From a virus (lineage: Duplodnaviria > Caudoviricetes), in IMG/VR virus record IMGVR_UViG_2687453119_000006, positions 32,001 through 96,000 of that record: a stretch of 64,000 nt of DNA; one strand, given 5' to 3'. Position 1 is the stretch's first letter. Every line of letters begins with the position of its first letter. Under the pieces are notes generated by a model. The model made no database searches. It was not told the origin of the DNA and was given only the letters and a program-made list of their open reading frames with translations. Shown here piece after piece: positions 28,939 through 38,538 of this stretch. Position numbers and translations under genes: made by a program.

Positions 28939-30197
28939 CCGCAAAGACGCGCCTTCTTACTTCGAGCAAGCTCTACCGTCATCCCAACACTGTCGTTGCC
29001 CTTGGCGACTCTCGAGTTGCTCAGATCCATGCGGACGGCGCCTACCGCAATAAGTCCGCCAACAACCACTTCGGCGTCGGCAACGCTCTCGCCGGACAAC
29101 GCGCCATTCTCGTCCAGAACCTCGGCTGGAGTGGAGACCGAACCGACCAGGCGCTGGTGCGTCTACAGGCCGCGATCGATAGCGGCGCCTACGTCCTCTA
29201 CATCCACCTGGGCGTCAACGACATCGCGCAGGCGTATCCGACTGCGACGACCTCTGGCATCACCGCCTGGAACAACATCAAGACGATGATCGACGCCGGC
29301 ATCGCCAACGGCATGCTGCCGCTCGTCGTCCTCGATCCTGGCGCGAACAACTTCTCGGCTGCCCAGATCACGCAGCTCATCATCCTGAACGAGAACATCC
29401 GCGAATATGCGGAGAAGGTTCGGATGGTGCTCTTCGATCTGGCGGCGGCGATCTACAATCCGGCGGCGACGTCGACGACCGCGATCTCGATCCTCGGAGC
29501 GATCGACGGCGTCCACGAGGCCAACCTCGGCGGCTATCTCGGCGGCAAGGCGTTCGCCCAGGTGCTGACGGCAATCATGCCGCCCCGGGCGCACGGCGTT
29601 CGCGGCGCGTTCGAGGTGCCGAGCAACTCGCTGATCAACCTGCTGACCAACCCGATGTTCACGGGCGGCACCACTGGTACGGTTGGCGCCGGCCTCACCG
29701 GCCAGGTCGGAACCAGTTGGATCGGCTCTCGCGCGGGCGGCGCAACAGCGACCGCTTCTGTGGCCGATGCATCGGACGGATCTGGCCTCAAGGAACAGAT
29801 CCTGGCTTGTACATTCACGGCGCTCAACGACGAGGTCAATGTCCATCAGGACGTCGCCCTTGCCAACTGGTCTCCGGGAGACATCCTCCAGGCCAGCGCC
29901 GAAGTCGTCGTCGACAACGCATCGTCGAACCTGGCTGGCGTGTATCTCTACCTTCAGGCCAACGGCACCGGCAACGGCTTCGGCGCCGTTACCGCGATGG
30001 ATGGCTACTGCCAAGGCACCGGGTGGGGCGCAGGCCCGACCGAGGGGCGCAAGTATCTCTTCGAGACCGAGAAGCTGATCGTGCCGAACTACACCACCAA
30101 GAGCTGGGTTACTGCTCACGTCAAGGCGATCGGCGCAGGCGTCGGCTCTGCGACCATGCGCGTTCGTCGCTTCCAGGTCCGCAAGCGGCTCTACTGA
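28935..30197 (+). CDS. SGNH/GDSL hydrolase with C-terminal beta-sandwich
   Basis: Blocks LGDSR, NLGWSG, LGVND and DGVH. Confidence 0.85.
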   Translation: MTAKTRLLTSSKLYRHPNTVVALGDSRVAQIHADGAYRNKSANNHFGVGNALAGQRAILVQNLGWSGDRTDQALVRLQAAIDSGAYVLYIHLGVNDIAQAYPTATTSGITAWNNIKTMIDAGIANGMLPLVVLDPGANNFSAAQITQLIILNENIREYAEKVRMVLFDLAAAIYNPAATSTTAISILGAIDGVHEANLGGYLGGKAFAQVLTAIMPPRAHGVRGAFEVPSNSLINLLTNPMFTGGTTGTVGAGLTGQVGTSWIGSRAGGATATASVADASDGSGLKEQILACTFTALNDEVNVHQDVALANWSPGDILQASAEVVVDNASSNLAGVYLYLQANGTGNGFGAVTAMDGYCQGTGWGAGPTEGRKYLFETEKLIVPNYTTKSWVTAHVKAIGAGVGSATMRVRRFQVRKRLY

Positions 30198-30892
30198 GAC
30201 AACACCATCCCCGGAGCACAGAACAGGGAGTAGGGACATCGATCCCTGACCGACTGCTAAGACCCGGCCTGCGGCGGGGGTTTCCTCCTCCTTTACCCCG
30301 CCGCGCCCGATGACAAATCAGCTCTGCTGCAAAACATCGGGCACCCAACGTTTCAACTCTAACCAGATAGGTGGACTGCCGCCCCGGTAACGGGTGTCGC
30401 CTCTAACGGGTAAGCCAGTATTCCCGTAGCCCTCGTAATTCTTCAAAGCGGCCTCTGAGGAGGAACGGCTGATCCCCGTCAACGCGATGCAGTTGAGGCA
30501 CCAGGTCGGTCGACTTCTGGATTGGACCGCCCCCACCTAATGGCTCGTGATGTCGCGCGGCGGCGTCATAGCGCACAGCCAATCGGCGAAGAGGTCCATG
30601 GTAAGTCGCCGACGACCGTTGTTACTATTCTGCCAGAATGGTGACAGAAGATCAGCGTGATGCAGATCGAGGTCGAAAGGATCAGAGTCGTCGTCCTGCG
30701 GGGCGGTGACGGTCACGAGCCAACTATTACTCCCCAAGAGCGGTGACGCGACATGCGTCCAGCGCAGGAACTGCGCGATGGCGATGGTGCCCCACGAGCC
30801 CTGAGATCCGACACGAGGCGCTCCGCTCTTGCTATCTTTCCCTCGCGGATATTTGATGCTGGCCTGCTGGTCATTGAGAAAGCGAGACCGAA

Positions 30893-31531
30893 ATGGGTTG
30901 GGTCGAAGAGATGTTCAAAGCCGGACAGAGCCCATCCGTCTGGCTGTCAAGTGCCGAAAGCCTACAGGCTGCGGCCGAAACTATATTGGAGCGCGAAGAA
31001 GCGGGCGCGCCTGCCTATTTCAACGCGCTTGAGGCCGCGGGGCGTGAGGCGGTCGAGAAGTCCTATTCTTCAGAAGATAAAACGGGCGTGGCGGAGGTGC
31101 GCTGCGAACCTCCAAATTATTTGCCGGCGCAATTGCTTTACGCATTCGCGCTTGAGAACGTTTTCAAGGGGATGATGGTCGCCAACGATCCGACCCTAGC
31201 GAACGAGACGAAGCTCAATAGTGAGCTGAAGTCGCATGAGCTAGATGGACTAGCCGCCAAAGCTGGCTTCGCCCTGTCAAACGAGGAGCAGTCGTTACTA
31301 AGAACACTGAGTGAGATCGCAATTTGGGCCGGGAGATACCCAGTGGCATCGAGATTGCGCGATCACACGTCGCCCCCAATGAGCGATCCGCACGACCTTC
31401 TAAATTTTGGAAGACAGCACCCGACGCTGCGGTCGGTTTTCCAGAGAGCCAAGGAAACACTTGTTTCCAAAATACCCCATGAGATTGCGCGGTTTGGCGT
31501 AGTCGTGGCGCTACCCTCGGAACCGCAATGA
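30893..31531 (+). CDS. HEPN-like hypothetical protein (lower GC)
   Basis: LLYAFALENVFKG..KSHEL..WAGRYP. Confidence 0.55.
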   Translation: MGWVEEMFKAGQSPSVWLSSAESLQAAAETILEREEAGAPAYFNALEAAGREAVEKSYSSEDKTGVAEVRCEPPNYLPAQLLYAFALENVFKGMMVANDPTLANETKLNSELKSHELDGLAAKAGFALSNEEQSLLRTLSEIAIWAGRYPVASRLRDHTSPPMSDPHDLLNFGRQHPTLRSVFQRAKETLVSKIPHEIARFGVVVALPSEPQ

Positions 31532-31805
31532 AGTCACCCATTGGCGCGCGCAAACGACCGTCTTAGGATTCGCCATGTGTCAAGCCGAGCGTTCGCTGTT
31601 GCGAGCACAGCCCGTCACCGATTGAGTGACGGGCACCAATGGAGCCCCAGACGCGCCTCTCACGGCAAGCGCCGGCACAAGACCAGTGTCCGCGTGTGAT
31701 GCTTCTGGGCCACCCGGGCCGCGGCTGGTCTCGCGGTCACGCGAGAGGGTGGGCGCTGTTGAGGAGCAGCAGGCAAGGCCCTGAGAAGGTCGTCCTCACC
31801 CATTC

Positions 31806-31880
31806 GTCAGTGTAGCTCAATGGTAGAGCAGCGGCTTCATAAGCCGCAGGTCGTTGGTTCAACTCCTCCCGCTGGCACCA
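31806..31880 (+). tRNA. tRNA with CAT anticodon (Met or Ile2), imperfect T-stem
   Basis: GTCAGTG/CGCTGGC acceptor, TAGCTCAATGGTAGAGC D-arm, GCGGC-TTCATAA-GCCGC, GGTTCAACT, encoded CCA. Confidence 0.8.
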
Positions 31881-32118
31881 ATTCGATCGAGGACGGAACG
31901 GCCTCCCGTCGCGCCATGATGACGATGGCAAAGTAGCTGACGCCGCCGCATTGCGGGTAGCGAAGAGATGCGGGACAGGGCACCCCGCCGATCGAACGAA
32001 ATTCACGCCATTCTAAATTCATGCATCGGGGTCCTCTGGCGTAGGCGGCCGGTCTCCAAAACTGTGCTGCGAGAGTTGTTCAAGTCTCTCCCCCGGTGCC
32101 AAACAAAAAAGAAGAACG

Positions 32119-34002
32119 ATGGGCACGTTACGCTACCAGGTGCTGTCCCCGAGCGGCATCACCATTGGCACGGACTTCTATGCGCAGAACTCGATCGTCA
32201 CGCTGACGGCAGAGGGCGCGAAGTACCTCCTCCTCAACAAGCAGATCGGTCTTGCGACTGGTCAGCAGGCGCCGGCCGGCGAACCTCCAGCTCCCAACGA
32301 GGACGACGTCTACCTCGACGTTCGATACAACGGCGTCATCGAGACGATGTCGCTTACGAAGCTGCGCTCGATGTTTCCGAGCATCAAGGGCGATGCCGGT
32401 CCGCTTGGTCCGAAGGGGCCCGCCGGCCCGCAGGGCGAGAAGGGGCTCAAGGGCGACACCGGGCGCGGCATCGCGCTGAAGGGCATCGTCGCGACCAATC
32501 TCGATCTGCCGGCCAGCGCCGGGGAGGGGGATGTCTGGCTCGCTGAAGAGACCGGCCGCGGTTACGCCTGGTCTGACGGCAACTGGAAAGACATCGGCGC
32601 CTTCCGCGGCCCGCAAGGCGGCCCGGGTCCTGCTGGTCCTGCCGGCCCACGCGGTCTGAAAGGTGATCAGGGTATCGCTGGCCCGAAGGGCGAGCCTGGG
32701 CTGAAGGGTGATCCCGGCGATCCCGGCGATCCGACCTACGCCTATCGGGCGGAAGCCGGCATGACGGCAGCCGAAGCATCGGCGACGTCGGCTGCTGCCA
32801 GCAACGCAGCAGCGGCGGGTCACGAGGCCAACGCGCGGTCCTACAAGCAGGCGGCCGAGACCGCGGCAACCAACGCCGCCGCGAGCGAAACGTCAGCGAA
32901 CCAGCACATGGTTGACGCAGCGGCGTCGCGAGATGCGGCTGCTGGTAGCGCGCTCAGCGCCGGCACTTCGGCAGGCGTGGCGACGACGGCGGCCAGTAAT
33001 GCGCAGGGCTACGCGACCTCCGCGCAGACATTCGCTGAAAACGCGGCAAGCGCTCAGGGCGCCGCGGCCGACGCCGTGACCAAGATCAACGAGTTCAAGG
33101 GCATCTACTACGGTGGTCTAACCGTTGACCCGGCGACCGATCCGCTTGGCGCCGCGCCGAACGCTGGGGACTTCTACTTCAACACCGTGTCTAAGAAGTT
33201 CCGCACCTACGACGGCGCGGCCTGGAACGACATGGTATCCGTTGGCACGCTGAAGCGCTTCATCTTCTCTGCGACCGCCGGGCAGACGACCTTCACGGGC
33301 GCCGACGCCTTCGCCAAGACTCTGGCTTACACGGCTGGTGCCGTCGAGGTCGTGGTCAACGGCATGTGGTTGCCCTACAGCGACTACACGGCCAGCAACG
33401 GCACCTCGATCGTGCTGAACAGCGCCTGCGTTGGCGGCGACGTCGTCTACGTGTTCGCCATGAGCGCCTACAGCGCGTCCGACACACTCCAGAAGTCGAC
33501 CAACGGTTCGGACATCCTCGACAAGGCCGCGTTCCGCACCAACCTTGGGCTCACCTCCATCGCAACAGCGGCAGTCGGTCAGATCCCGGGCACCACTGGG
33601 ACGACGCAGCCTGCGAGCGGCATGCGCGGAGAGCGCATCTCGGTCAGCGGCAGCTTGAACTTTGCTGGCTCTGGCACGCCGGGCAACATCTGCTTCATCG
33701 ATGTGCCGGCCGGCGTTTGGGACCTCGACTTCTTCAGCATCTTCGGCGGTCCCGGCGCGACCACTTCGTCCGATTGGATCACAGCCATCAGCACGGTGAG
33801 TGCTTCGGTCGGCTCCGGCGCAATTGGGTTCACGCCGCATACCCGACACCCGTCGGGAGCTGATTACTCCATCTGCCATACGGCGCCTCGCATTCGCGTC
33901 ACGCCAGCCGCCACCACCCGCTACTACCTGAACGCGCAGGCCAGCTGGTCGGGCGCCGGATACTCGGTGAGCGGGACGCTGCAAGCCACGCGGGTCAGCT
34001 AA
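32119..34002 (+). CDS. Collagen-like virion fibre protein
   Basis: Two Gly-X-Y tracts, Ala/Ser-rich stalk, ATAGQTTF module, C-terminal beta domain. Confidence 0.8.
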   Translation: MGTLRYQVLSPSGITIGTDFYAQNSIVTLTAEGAKYLLLNKQIGLATGQQAPAGEPPAPNEDDVYLDVRYNGVIETMSLTKLRSMFPSIKGDAGPLGPKGPAGPQGEKGLKGDTGRGIALKGIVATNLDLPASAGEGDVWLAEETGRGYAWSDGNWKDIGAFRGPQGGPGPAGPAGPRGLKGDQGIAGPKGEPGLKGDPGDPGDPTYAYRAEAGMTAAEASATSAAASNAAAAGHEANARSYKQAAETAATNAAASETSANQHMVDAAASRDAAAGSALSAGTSAGVATTAASNAQGYATSAQTFAENAASAQGAAADAVTKINEFKGIYYGGLTVDPATDPLGAAPNAGDFYFNTVSKKFRTYDGAAWNDMVSVGTLKRFIFSATAGQTTFTGADAFAKTLAYTAGAVEVVVNGMWLPYSDYTASNGTSIVLNSACVGGDVVYVFAMSAYSASDTLQKSTNGSDILDKAAFRTNLGLTSIATAAVGQIPGTTGTTQPASGMRGERISVSGSLNFAGSGTPGNICFIDVPAGVWDLDFFSIFGGPGATTSSDWITAISTVSASVGSGAIGFTPHTRHPSGADYSICHTAPRIRVTPAATTRYYLNAQASWSGAGYSVSGTLQATRVS

Positions 34003-34011
34003 GGATCAACC

Positions 34012-34794
34012 ATGCCATTTAATGTTCTCGCGACGGCGCAAGCTCGCGCCTTCGCCCATGGCCAGGTGAAGCTGGTCTACAGTAGCGCAACGCAGCTGAT
34101 CCTCACCTACGGCAACGGCGATCTGATTAAGATCAATGGAGTGTGGAGACGCCTTCCAAGCGGAGGCGTCGCCATCTCCAATGCCGGCCTCTCGGCCAGT
34201 ACGGTCTACTACGTCTATGCGTACTGGACTGGCAGCGCCGTCGCGGTGGAGTTCAGCACGACGGCTCGCGCCACCAGCACCGCTGCTGGCAACGAAGGGG
34301 TTATGTCCAAGAGCGGCGACGACAGTCGTTCGCTAGTGGGCATGGTGTACACCAATGCGTCCGGTCAGTTCGCTGATCAACAAAATGCGCGCCACACGCG
34401 CTCGTGGTTCAACGAAAGTGGACTGCTTGCAGCTGCTAATAGTGGCACCACCGTGTCCACTTCAAGCACATCGCCTATCGAGTTGGACGCTGGCGCTCGC
34501 TGCTTCGTCCTTATGTGGACCAACGAGATATGCTCTCAAACCATCCAAGCGAACTCGTCCCATAATACGGGCGGGCAGGCCACGTATACGTCATGCTCAA
34601 TAAATGGATCAGTCGTAGGAAATCCGTTCGCGTACCACGAAACGACAGTCAACTACTACAACATCGTTGGCAACGAGTGGCTTACTGCTTCGGCCGGCGA
34701 CGGACTGGCTACGTTCTCCATGTTTGGTTGGGTAAGCGCAGGAACAGCCTCTTGGTTCAACAAAATGAACATCATCAGCACGCAGCGGAGATAA
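34012..34794 (+). CDS. Fibre-associated / receptor-binding-like protein
   Basis: Ser/Thr/Gly-rich beta protein; STVYYVYAY, RSLVGMVYT. Confidence 0.6.
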   Translation: MPFNVLATAQARAFAHGQVKLVYSSATQLILTYGNGDLIKINGVWRRLPSGGVAISNAGLSASTVYYVYAYWTGSAVAVEFSTTARATSTAAGNEGVMSKSGDDSRSLVGMVYTNASGQFADQQNARHTRSWFNESGLLAAANSGTTVSTSSTSPIELDAGARCFVLMWTNEICSQTIQANSSHNTGGQATYTSCSINGSVVGNPFAYHETTVNYYNIVGNEWLTASAGDGLATFSMFGWVSAGTASWFNKMNIISTQRR

Positions 34795-35193
34795 ATGATG
34801 ATTCACTACGATCTTGTTCAGGCGATCGAGTCCATCCGGCCCGGCGCCAAGTTCACGCTCCGCGGTGACGATATCAGCGGGCTTGAGTGGCAGGATGCCA
34901 CTCAATCTGCGCCGACATCGGATGAAATCCTGACGGCGCTCACTGCTCTCCCGAAGCTGGTGCTTCCGCAGGATCTGATGGCGCAGTTCACCACGGACGA
35001 CGCCGCAAAGATCCAGACGTTCATCGCCGGCAACACCCAGGCCTGGTTGCTCTGGATGTCCTTCACCACCCAGAAGGACGCCATGCTCACCACCAACGAC
35101 CGCTTCAAGGCGGGTTGGAGCGCGCTCGTAACGATCCTCGGCGCGGAACGAACGAATGAAATCGCATCAGCACTCGGCATTACAGTAACCTGA
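34795..35193 (+). CDS. XkdW-like / fibre assembly protein
   Basis: AIESIRPGAKFTLRGD..LEW..APT pattern following the fibre genes. Confidence 0.55.
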   Translation: MMIHYDLVQAIESIRPGAKFTLRGDDISGLEWQDATQSAPTSDEILTALTALPKLVLPQDLMAQFTTDDAAKIQTFIAGNTQAWLLWMSFTTQKDAMLTTNDRFKAGWSALVTILGAERTNEIASALGITVT

Positions 35194-35227
35194 GGCCCCG
35201 CATGGTGGCCTCCTCTTTGAGGTCACC

Positions 35228-35638
35228 ATGTTCACGCTCCTGTCCCTCATCCCCGGGCTCGCGTCCGGCTTTCTGAGCTGGCTCAACAAAAAGTCCGACG
35301 CGGACTTGGAGAAGTTCAAGACCGCTGTAGGCGGCGACGTCACACTCAACGTGGCCGAGCTGCGCTACAAAGTCGAGGTCGCCCGAATGGCGGCCGACAT
35401 GCGCAAGGGCGACCGCGAGCACTGGTTCACTGCCTGGATGGTTCCGGTCGCCTTCGCTGTCCTCTTCTTTCACGTCGCGGCGGTCGTCTTCGACTCCATG
35501 CCTCTGCTCGGTCACGAGATCGGCAGCTGGAAGATCGCCGCGCTCCCCGCTCCCTACAACACCATGCAGGAACAGATCGTCCTGACGATCTGCGGTGTCG
35601 CGGGCATCTCCTCACTCAAGAAGATCTTCTCCCGATGA
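35228..35638 (+). CDS. Holin-like membrane protein
   Basis: Two to three hydrophobic segments, basic C-terminus. Confidence 0.5.
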   Translation: MFTLLSLIPGLASGFLSWLNKKSDADLEKFKTAVGGDVTLNVAELRYKVEVARMAADMRKGDREHWFTAWMVPVAFAVLFFHVAAVVFDSMPLLGHEIGSWKIAALPAPYNTMQEQIVLTICGVAGISSLKKIFSR

Positions 35639-35967
35639 AATCCATCACCGATGCGACCCCGATCTCGGACGTCCTCGCCGCGCCGACACCCGTCCTCATC
35701 AAGTTCGAGGCGAGGTGGTGCCAGCCCTGCAAGGCGATGACGCCGATCATCCAGGAGATCGAGAAGGATCTCGACGGCAAGGTGGCGGTCTTCACTGCCA
35801 ACGTCGAGCACTGCTCGCTCCTGGCGCAGCGCTTCAAAATCAACCAGATCCCGGCGCTTGTCGCGATCGACAATGGAATGGTCACCGCGGTCACGACCGG
35901 CGCGGCCAAGAAGTCGGATATCCTCTCATGGATCGAGCTGGCGCTGCCAAGCCTTCAGAAGTCCTGA
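35635..35967 (+). CDS. trxA: Thioredoxin
   Basis: IKFEARWCQPCK and IP cis-Pro motif. Confidence 0.88.
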   Translation: MKSITDATPISDVLAAPTPVLIKFEARWCQPCKAMTPIIQEIEKDLDGKVAVFTANVEHCSLLAQRFKINQIPALVAIDNGMVTAVTTGAAKKSDILSWIELALPSLQKS

Positions 35968-36200
35968 CCTACGACCCCGCCGAGGACTTCGGCTTCGAGA
36001 TCAATCTCGCTGAAGGCACCATGACCTTCGAGGGCGGGTTCAAGGCCAACATCACCGAGATCCTCGACCGCTACGGCGATGAGACCGAGGATCCGGAGGA
36101 GGCCAGATACATCATCGTCGAGATGCCGCCTGACGGGCTCTGGGTGACGATCGACCTCAGCCAGGTCGGTCCCCAGCATGTGCAGGCCGCACCTCACTAA
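35928..36200 (+). CDS. Acidic hypothetical protein
   Basis: High-GC3 ORF; start uncertain. Confidence 0.55.
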   Translation: MDRAGAAKPSEVLTYDPAEDFGFEINLAEGTMTFEGGFKANITEILDRYGDETEDPEEARYIIVEMPPDGLWVTIDLSQVGPQHVQAAPH

Positions 36201-36224
36201 CAGTCGCAAGAAAGAACAAGAACA

Positions 36225-36767
36225 ATGACTGATCTACCGCCGCGTCGCCGGGGACGGCCGACGAACGAGGAGAAAGCCGCGCGCGAGGCCGCCGCGAAAG
36301 CCGCCGCCGAGAAGGATGCGGAGGAGGGCGCCTTTCTCGACGAGATCCTTTCGGCTCCCGTCCAGGCGCGCAAGACCAAGCTCCAGCCCGACGAAGACAC
36401 GCTGCGCGCTCTCTCCGAGCTGGCGAAGCTGTTCTGCACTCAAGAGGAGGCCGCAGGCGTTCTCGGCGTCAGCCGGCGCACGCTGGTCAGCTTTCTGAGT
36501 GAGCACGAGGTCGCCAGGGATGCCTGGGACGACGGGCAGCAGCGCGCGAAGGTTTCGCTGCGCCGGAAGCAGATGGCGCTGGCCGACAAGAACGCGCCGG
36601 CCTCGATCTTCCTCGGCAAGAACTATCTCGGCCAGAAGGACGAGAACCACACCAACCTCAACGTCAAGACTGAGGCGGCTCAGATGACCGAGGAGCAGCT
36701 GCTGGAGATCGCAGCTCGAGCCCCGGCCGCACCTCGCACGCCGCCGAAGAAGGAAAGCGTCCACTGA
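36225..36767 (+). CDS. terS: Terminase small subunit
   Basis: HTH (CTQEEAAGVLGVSRRTL), SLRRKQ..ASIFLGKNYLGQKD; upstream of TerL. Confidence 0.8.
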   Translation: MTDLPPRRRGRPTNEEKAAREAAAKAAAEKDAEEGAFLDEILSAPVQARKTKLQPDEDTLRALSELAKLFCTQEEAAGVLGVSRRTLVSFLSEHEVARDAWDDGQQRAKVSLRRKQMALADKNAPASIFLGKNYLGQKDENHTNLNVKTEAAQMTEEQLLEIAARAPAAPRTPPKKESVH

Positions 36768-36905
36768 CGCCAACCCAACAAGACCCCTGACGGGATCGAT
36801 CGTGGCAGCCGGAGCTTCCGTTACCCGGTGACGATCGACCGCAATACTAAGTCCTGAACTAACAGGACGATCCTCTTGGCCAGAGGGCGTGGGGTCCTCC
36901 TTTTC

Positions 36906-36979
36906 GACGCGGTGGCCGAGCGGCCAGGCAGCGGACTGCAACTCCGCGGAGGCTGGTTCGACTCCAGCCCGCGTCTCCA
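36906..36979 (+). tRNA. tRNA-Cys (GCA)
   Basis: GACGCGG/CCGCGTC acceptor, GCGGA-CTGCAAC-TCCGC, GCTGG-TTCGACT-CCAGC, U discriminator, CCA. Confidence 0.93.
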
Positions 36980-37056
36980 TTCACTCTGACCGAGTTGCCG
37001 CTTCGGGGGCATCTGCGCTCGCGCCTCGGTCGGAGTCTAAACCTTCCGAGAAAATC

Positions 37057-38520
37057 GTGAACAGCATAACCGAGGTCTCCCCCGAGGAGGCCGCGGCCGA
37101 AATCCTGCGTCGTAGGAGAGGCCGCGAACGCCTCATCGACTTCACCGAGTACACGCTCCACAAATACTACGCCGACCCATTCCACCACATCGTGGCGGAT
37201 GCGCTTGAGCGCGTCGAGCGAGGCGAATGCAAGCGCCTCATGATCTTCGCGCCGCCGCGGCACGGCAAGAGCGAGCTGTCGACCCGCCGCTTCCCGGCGT
37301 GGTTCCTTGGACGCAATCCCGACAAGAACATCATCTCGGCGTCCTACAACGGCGACTTCGCCACCACCTTCGGCCGCGAAGTCCGCGGCATCGTCCGCAG
37401 CGCCGAGTACAATCGGCTATTCCCATCCGTCGCGATCCGGTCCGACAACCGCGCAGCAGACGAGTGGGAGCTGGAAGCCGGCGGCAAATACTTCGCAGTG
37501 GGCGTCGGCACCGGTACCACCGGTAAGGGCGCCAACCTCTTCCTGATCGACGACCCGATTAAGGATCGCAAAGAGGTCAAGTCGGCCAACTTCCGCCAGG
37601 ACCAGTGGGACTGGTACCGAGACGTCGTCTACACCCGTCTTGAAGAGGATGCTGCAATCGTCCTCACGCTGACGCGGTGGCACTACGACGACATCGCCGG
37701 CCGCCTCATCGACATGATGAACGACGGCAAAGGTCTCCCGTGGGAGATCCTGCTGCTGCCGGCGCTCCCCGAGGTCAAATGGGCTGAGGGTGAGGACGGC
37801 GTCAAGCGCATGATCCTCAACGAGGACGGCACGGTCCCGGGCGACCCGCTGCGGCGCAAGCCCAAGGAGCCGCTGGCGCCGAACCGCTTCTCCTACAACG
37901 CGCTGATGGACCGCTCCGAGGTTCTCGGCGAGCGCTCGTTCTCCGCGCTTTATCAGCAGAAGCCGATGGCCGACGACGGCGGCTTGTTCCGAGCCGAGTG
38001 GTTCGAGGCTCCGACCGAGCTTCCGGCCAAGCGCGTGCGCGTGCGCGCGTGGGACTTGGCGGCATCATCTGACGGCGACTGGACGGTCGGCGTCCTGATG
38101 TCGAAGGACAGCCAAGGCATTTTCTACATCGAGAACGTCATCCGCTTCCGCGGCTCGCCGCTGGAGGTCGAGAAGAAGATCTTCGAGACGGCCAGAAACG
38201 ACGGCCGATCGGTCTCGATCGTAATCCCCCAAGACCCGGGCCAGGCCGGCAAGAGCCAGGCCCAGAACTTCATCCGCCGGCTCGCCGGCTACATCGTCAA
38301 GACACCGCGCCCCACTGGTTCGAAAGAGACCCGGGCTGCCGCATTCGCTGCGCAGGCCGAGGGGAGAAACGTGAAGATGGTGGTGGGCAGTTGGAATGAC
38401 TGCTTCACCGACGAATTGGAGACCTTCCCCCTTGGCGTCCATGACGACCAGGTGGACGCGGCTTCCGATGCCTTCAACGAACTCCTCGGTCCACGCAAGG
38501 CGGCGATCCTTGACTGGTAA
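37057..38520 (+). CDS. terL: Terminase large subunit
   Basis: Walker A PPRHGKS, Walker B FLIDDP, TRWH, RAWDLA, HDDQVDA; GTG start chosen downstream of the tRNA. Confidence 0.95.
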   Translation: MNSITEVSPEEAAAEILRRRRGRERLIDFTEYTLHKYYADPFHHIVADALERVERGECKRLMIFAPPRHGKSELSTRRFPAWFLGRNPDKNIISASYNGDFATTFGREVRGIVRSAEYNRLFPSVAIRSDNRAADEWELEAGGKYFAVGVGTGTTGKGANLFLIDDPIKDRKEVKSANFRQDQWDWYRDVVYTRLEEDAAIVLTLTRWHYDDIAGRLIDMMNDGKGLPWEILLLPALPEVKWAEGEDGVKRMILNEDGTVPGDPLRRKPKEPLAPNRFSYNALMDRSEVLGERSFSALYQQKPMADDGGLFRAEWFEAPTELPAKRVRVRAWDLAASSDGDWTVGVLMSKDSQGIFYIENVIRFRGSPLEVEKKIFETARNDGRSVSIVIPQDPGQAGKSQAQNFIRRLAGYIVKTPRPTGSKETRAAAFAAQAEGRNVKMVVGSWNDCFTDELETFPLGVHDDQVDAASDAFNELLGPRKAAILDW

Positions 38521-38538
38521 CGTCAGGACCCATTTGAA

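Noticed and set aside
30318-30737. Two in-frame minus-strand ORFs split by one TAG (readthrough or pseudogene)
   Set aside because: No recognisable domain or RBS, so coding status cannot be supported
36889-37056. N-terminal extension of TerL in the ORF track
   Set aside because: It overlaps tRNA-Cys; GTG 37057 is the more plausible start
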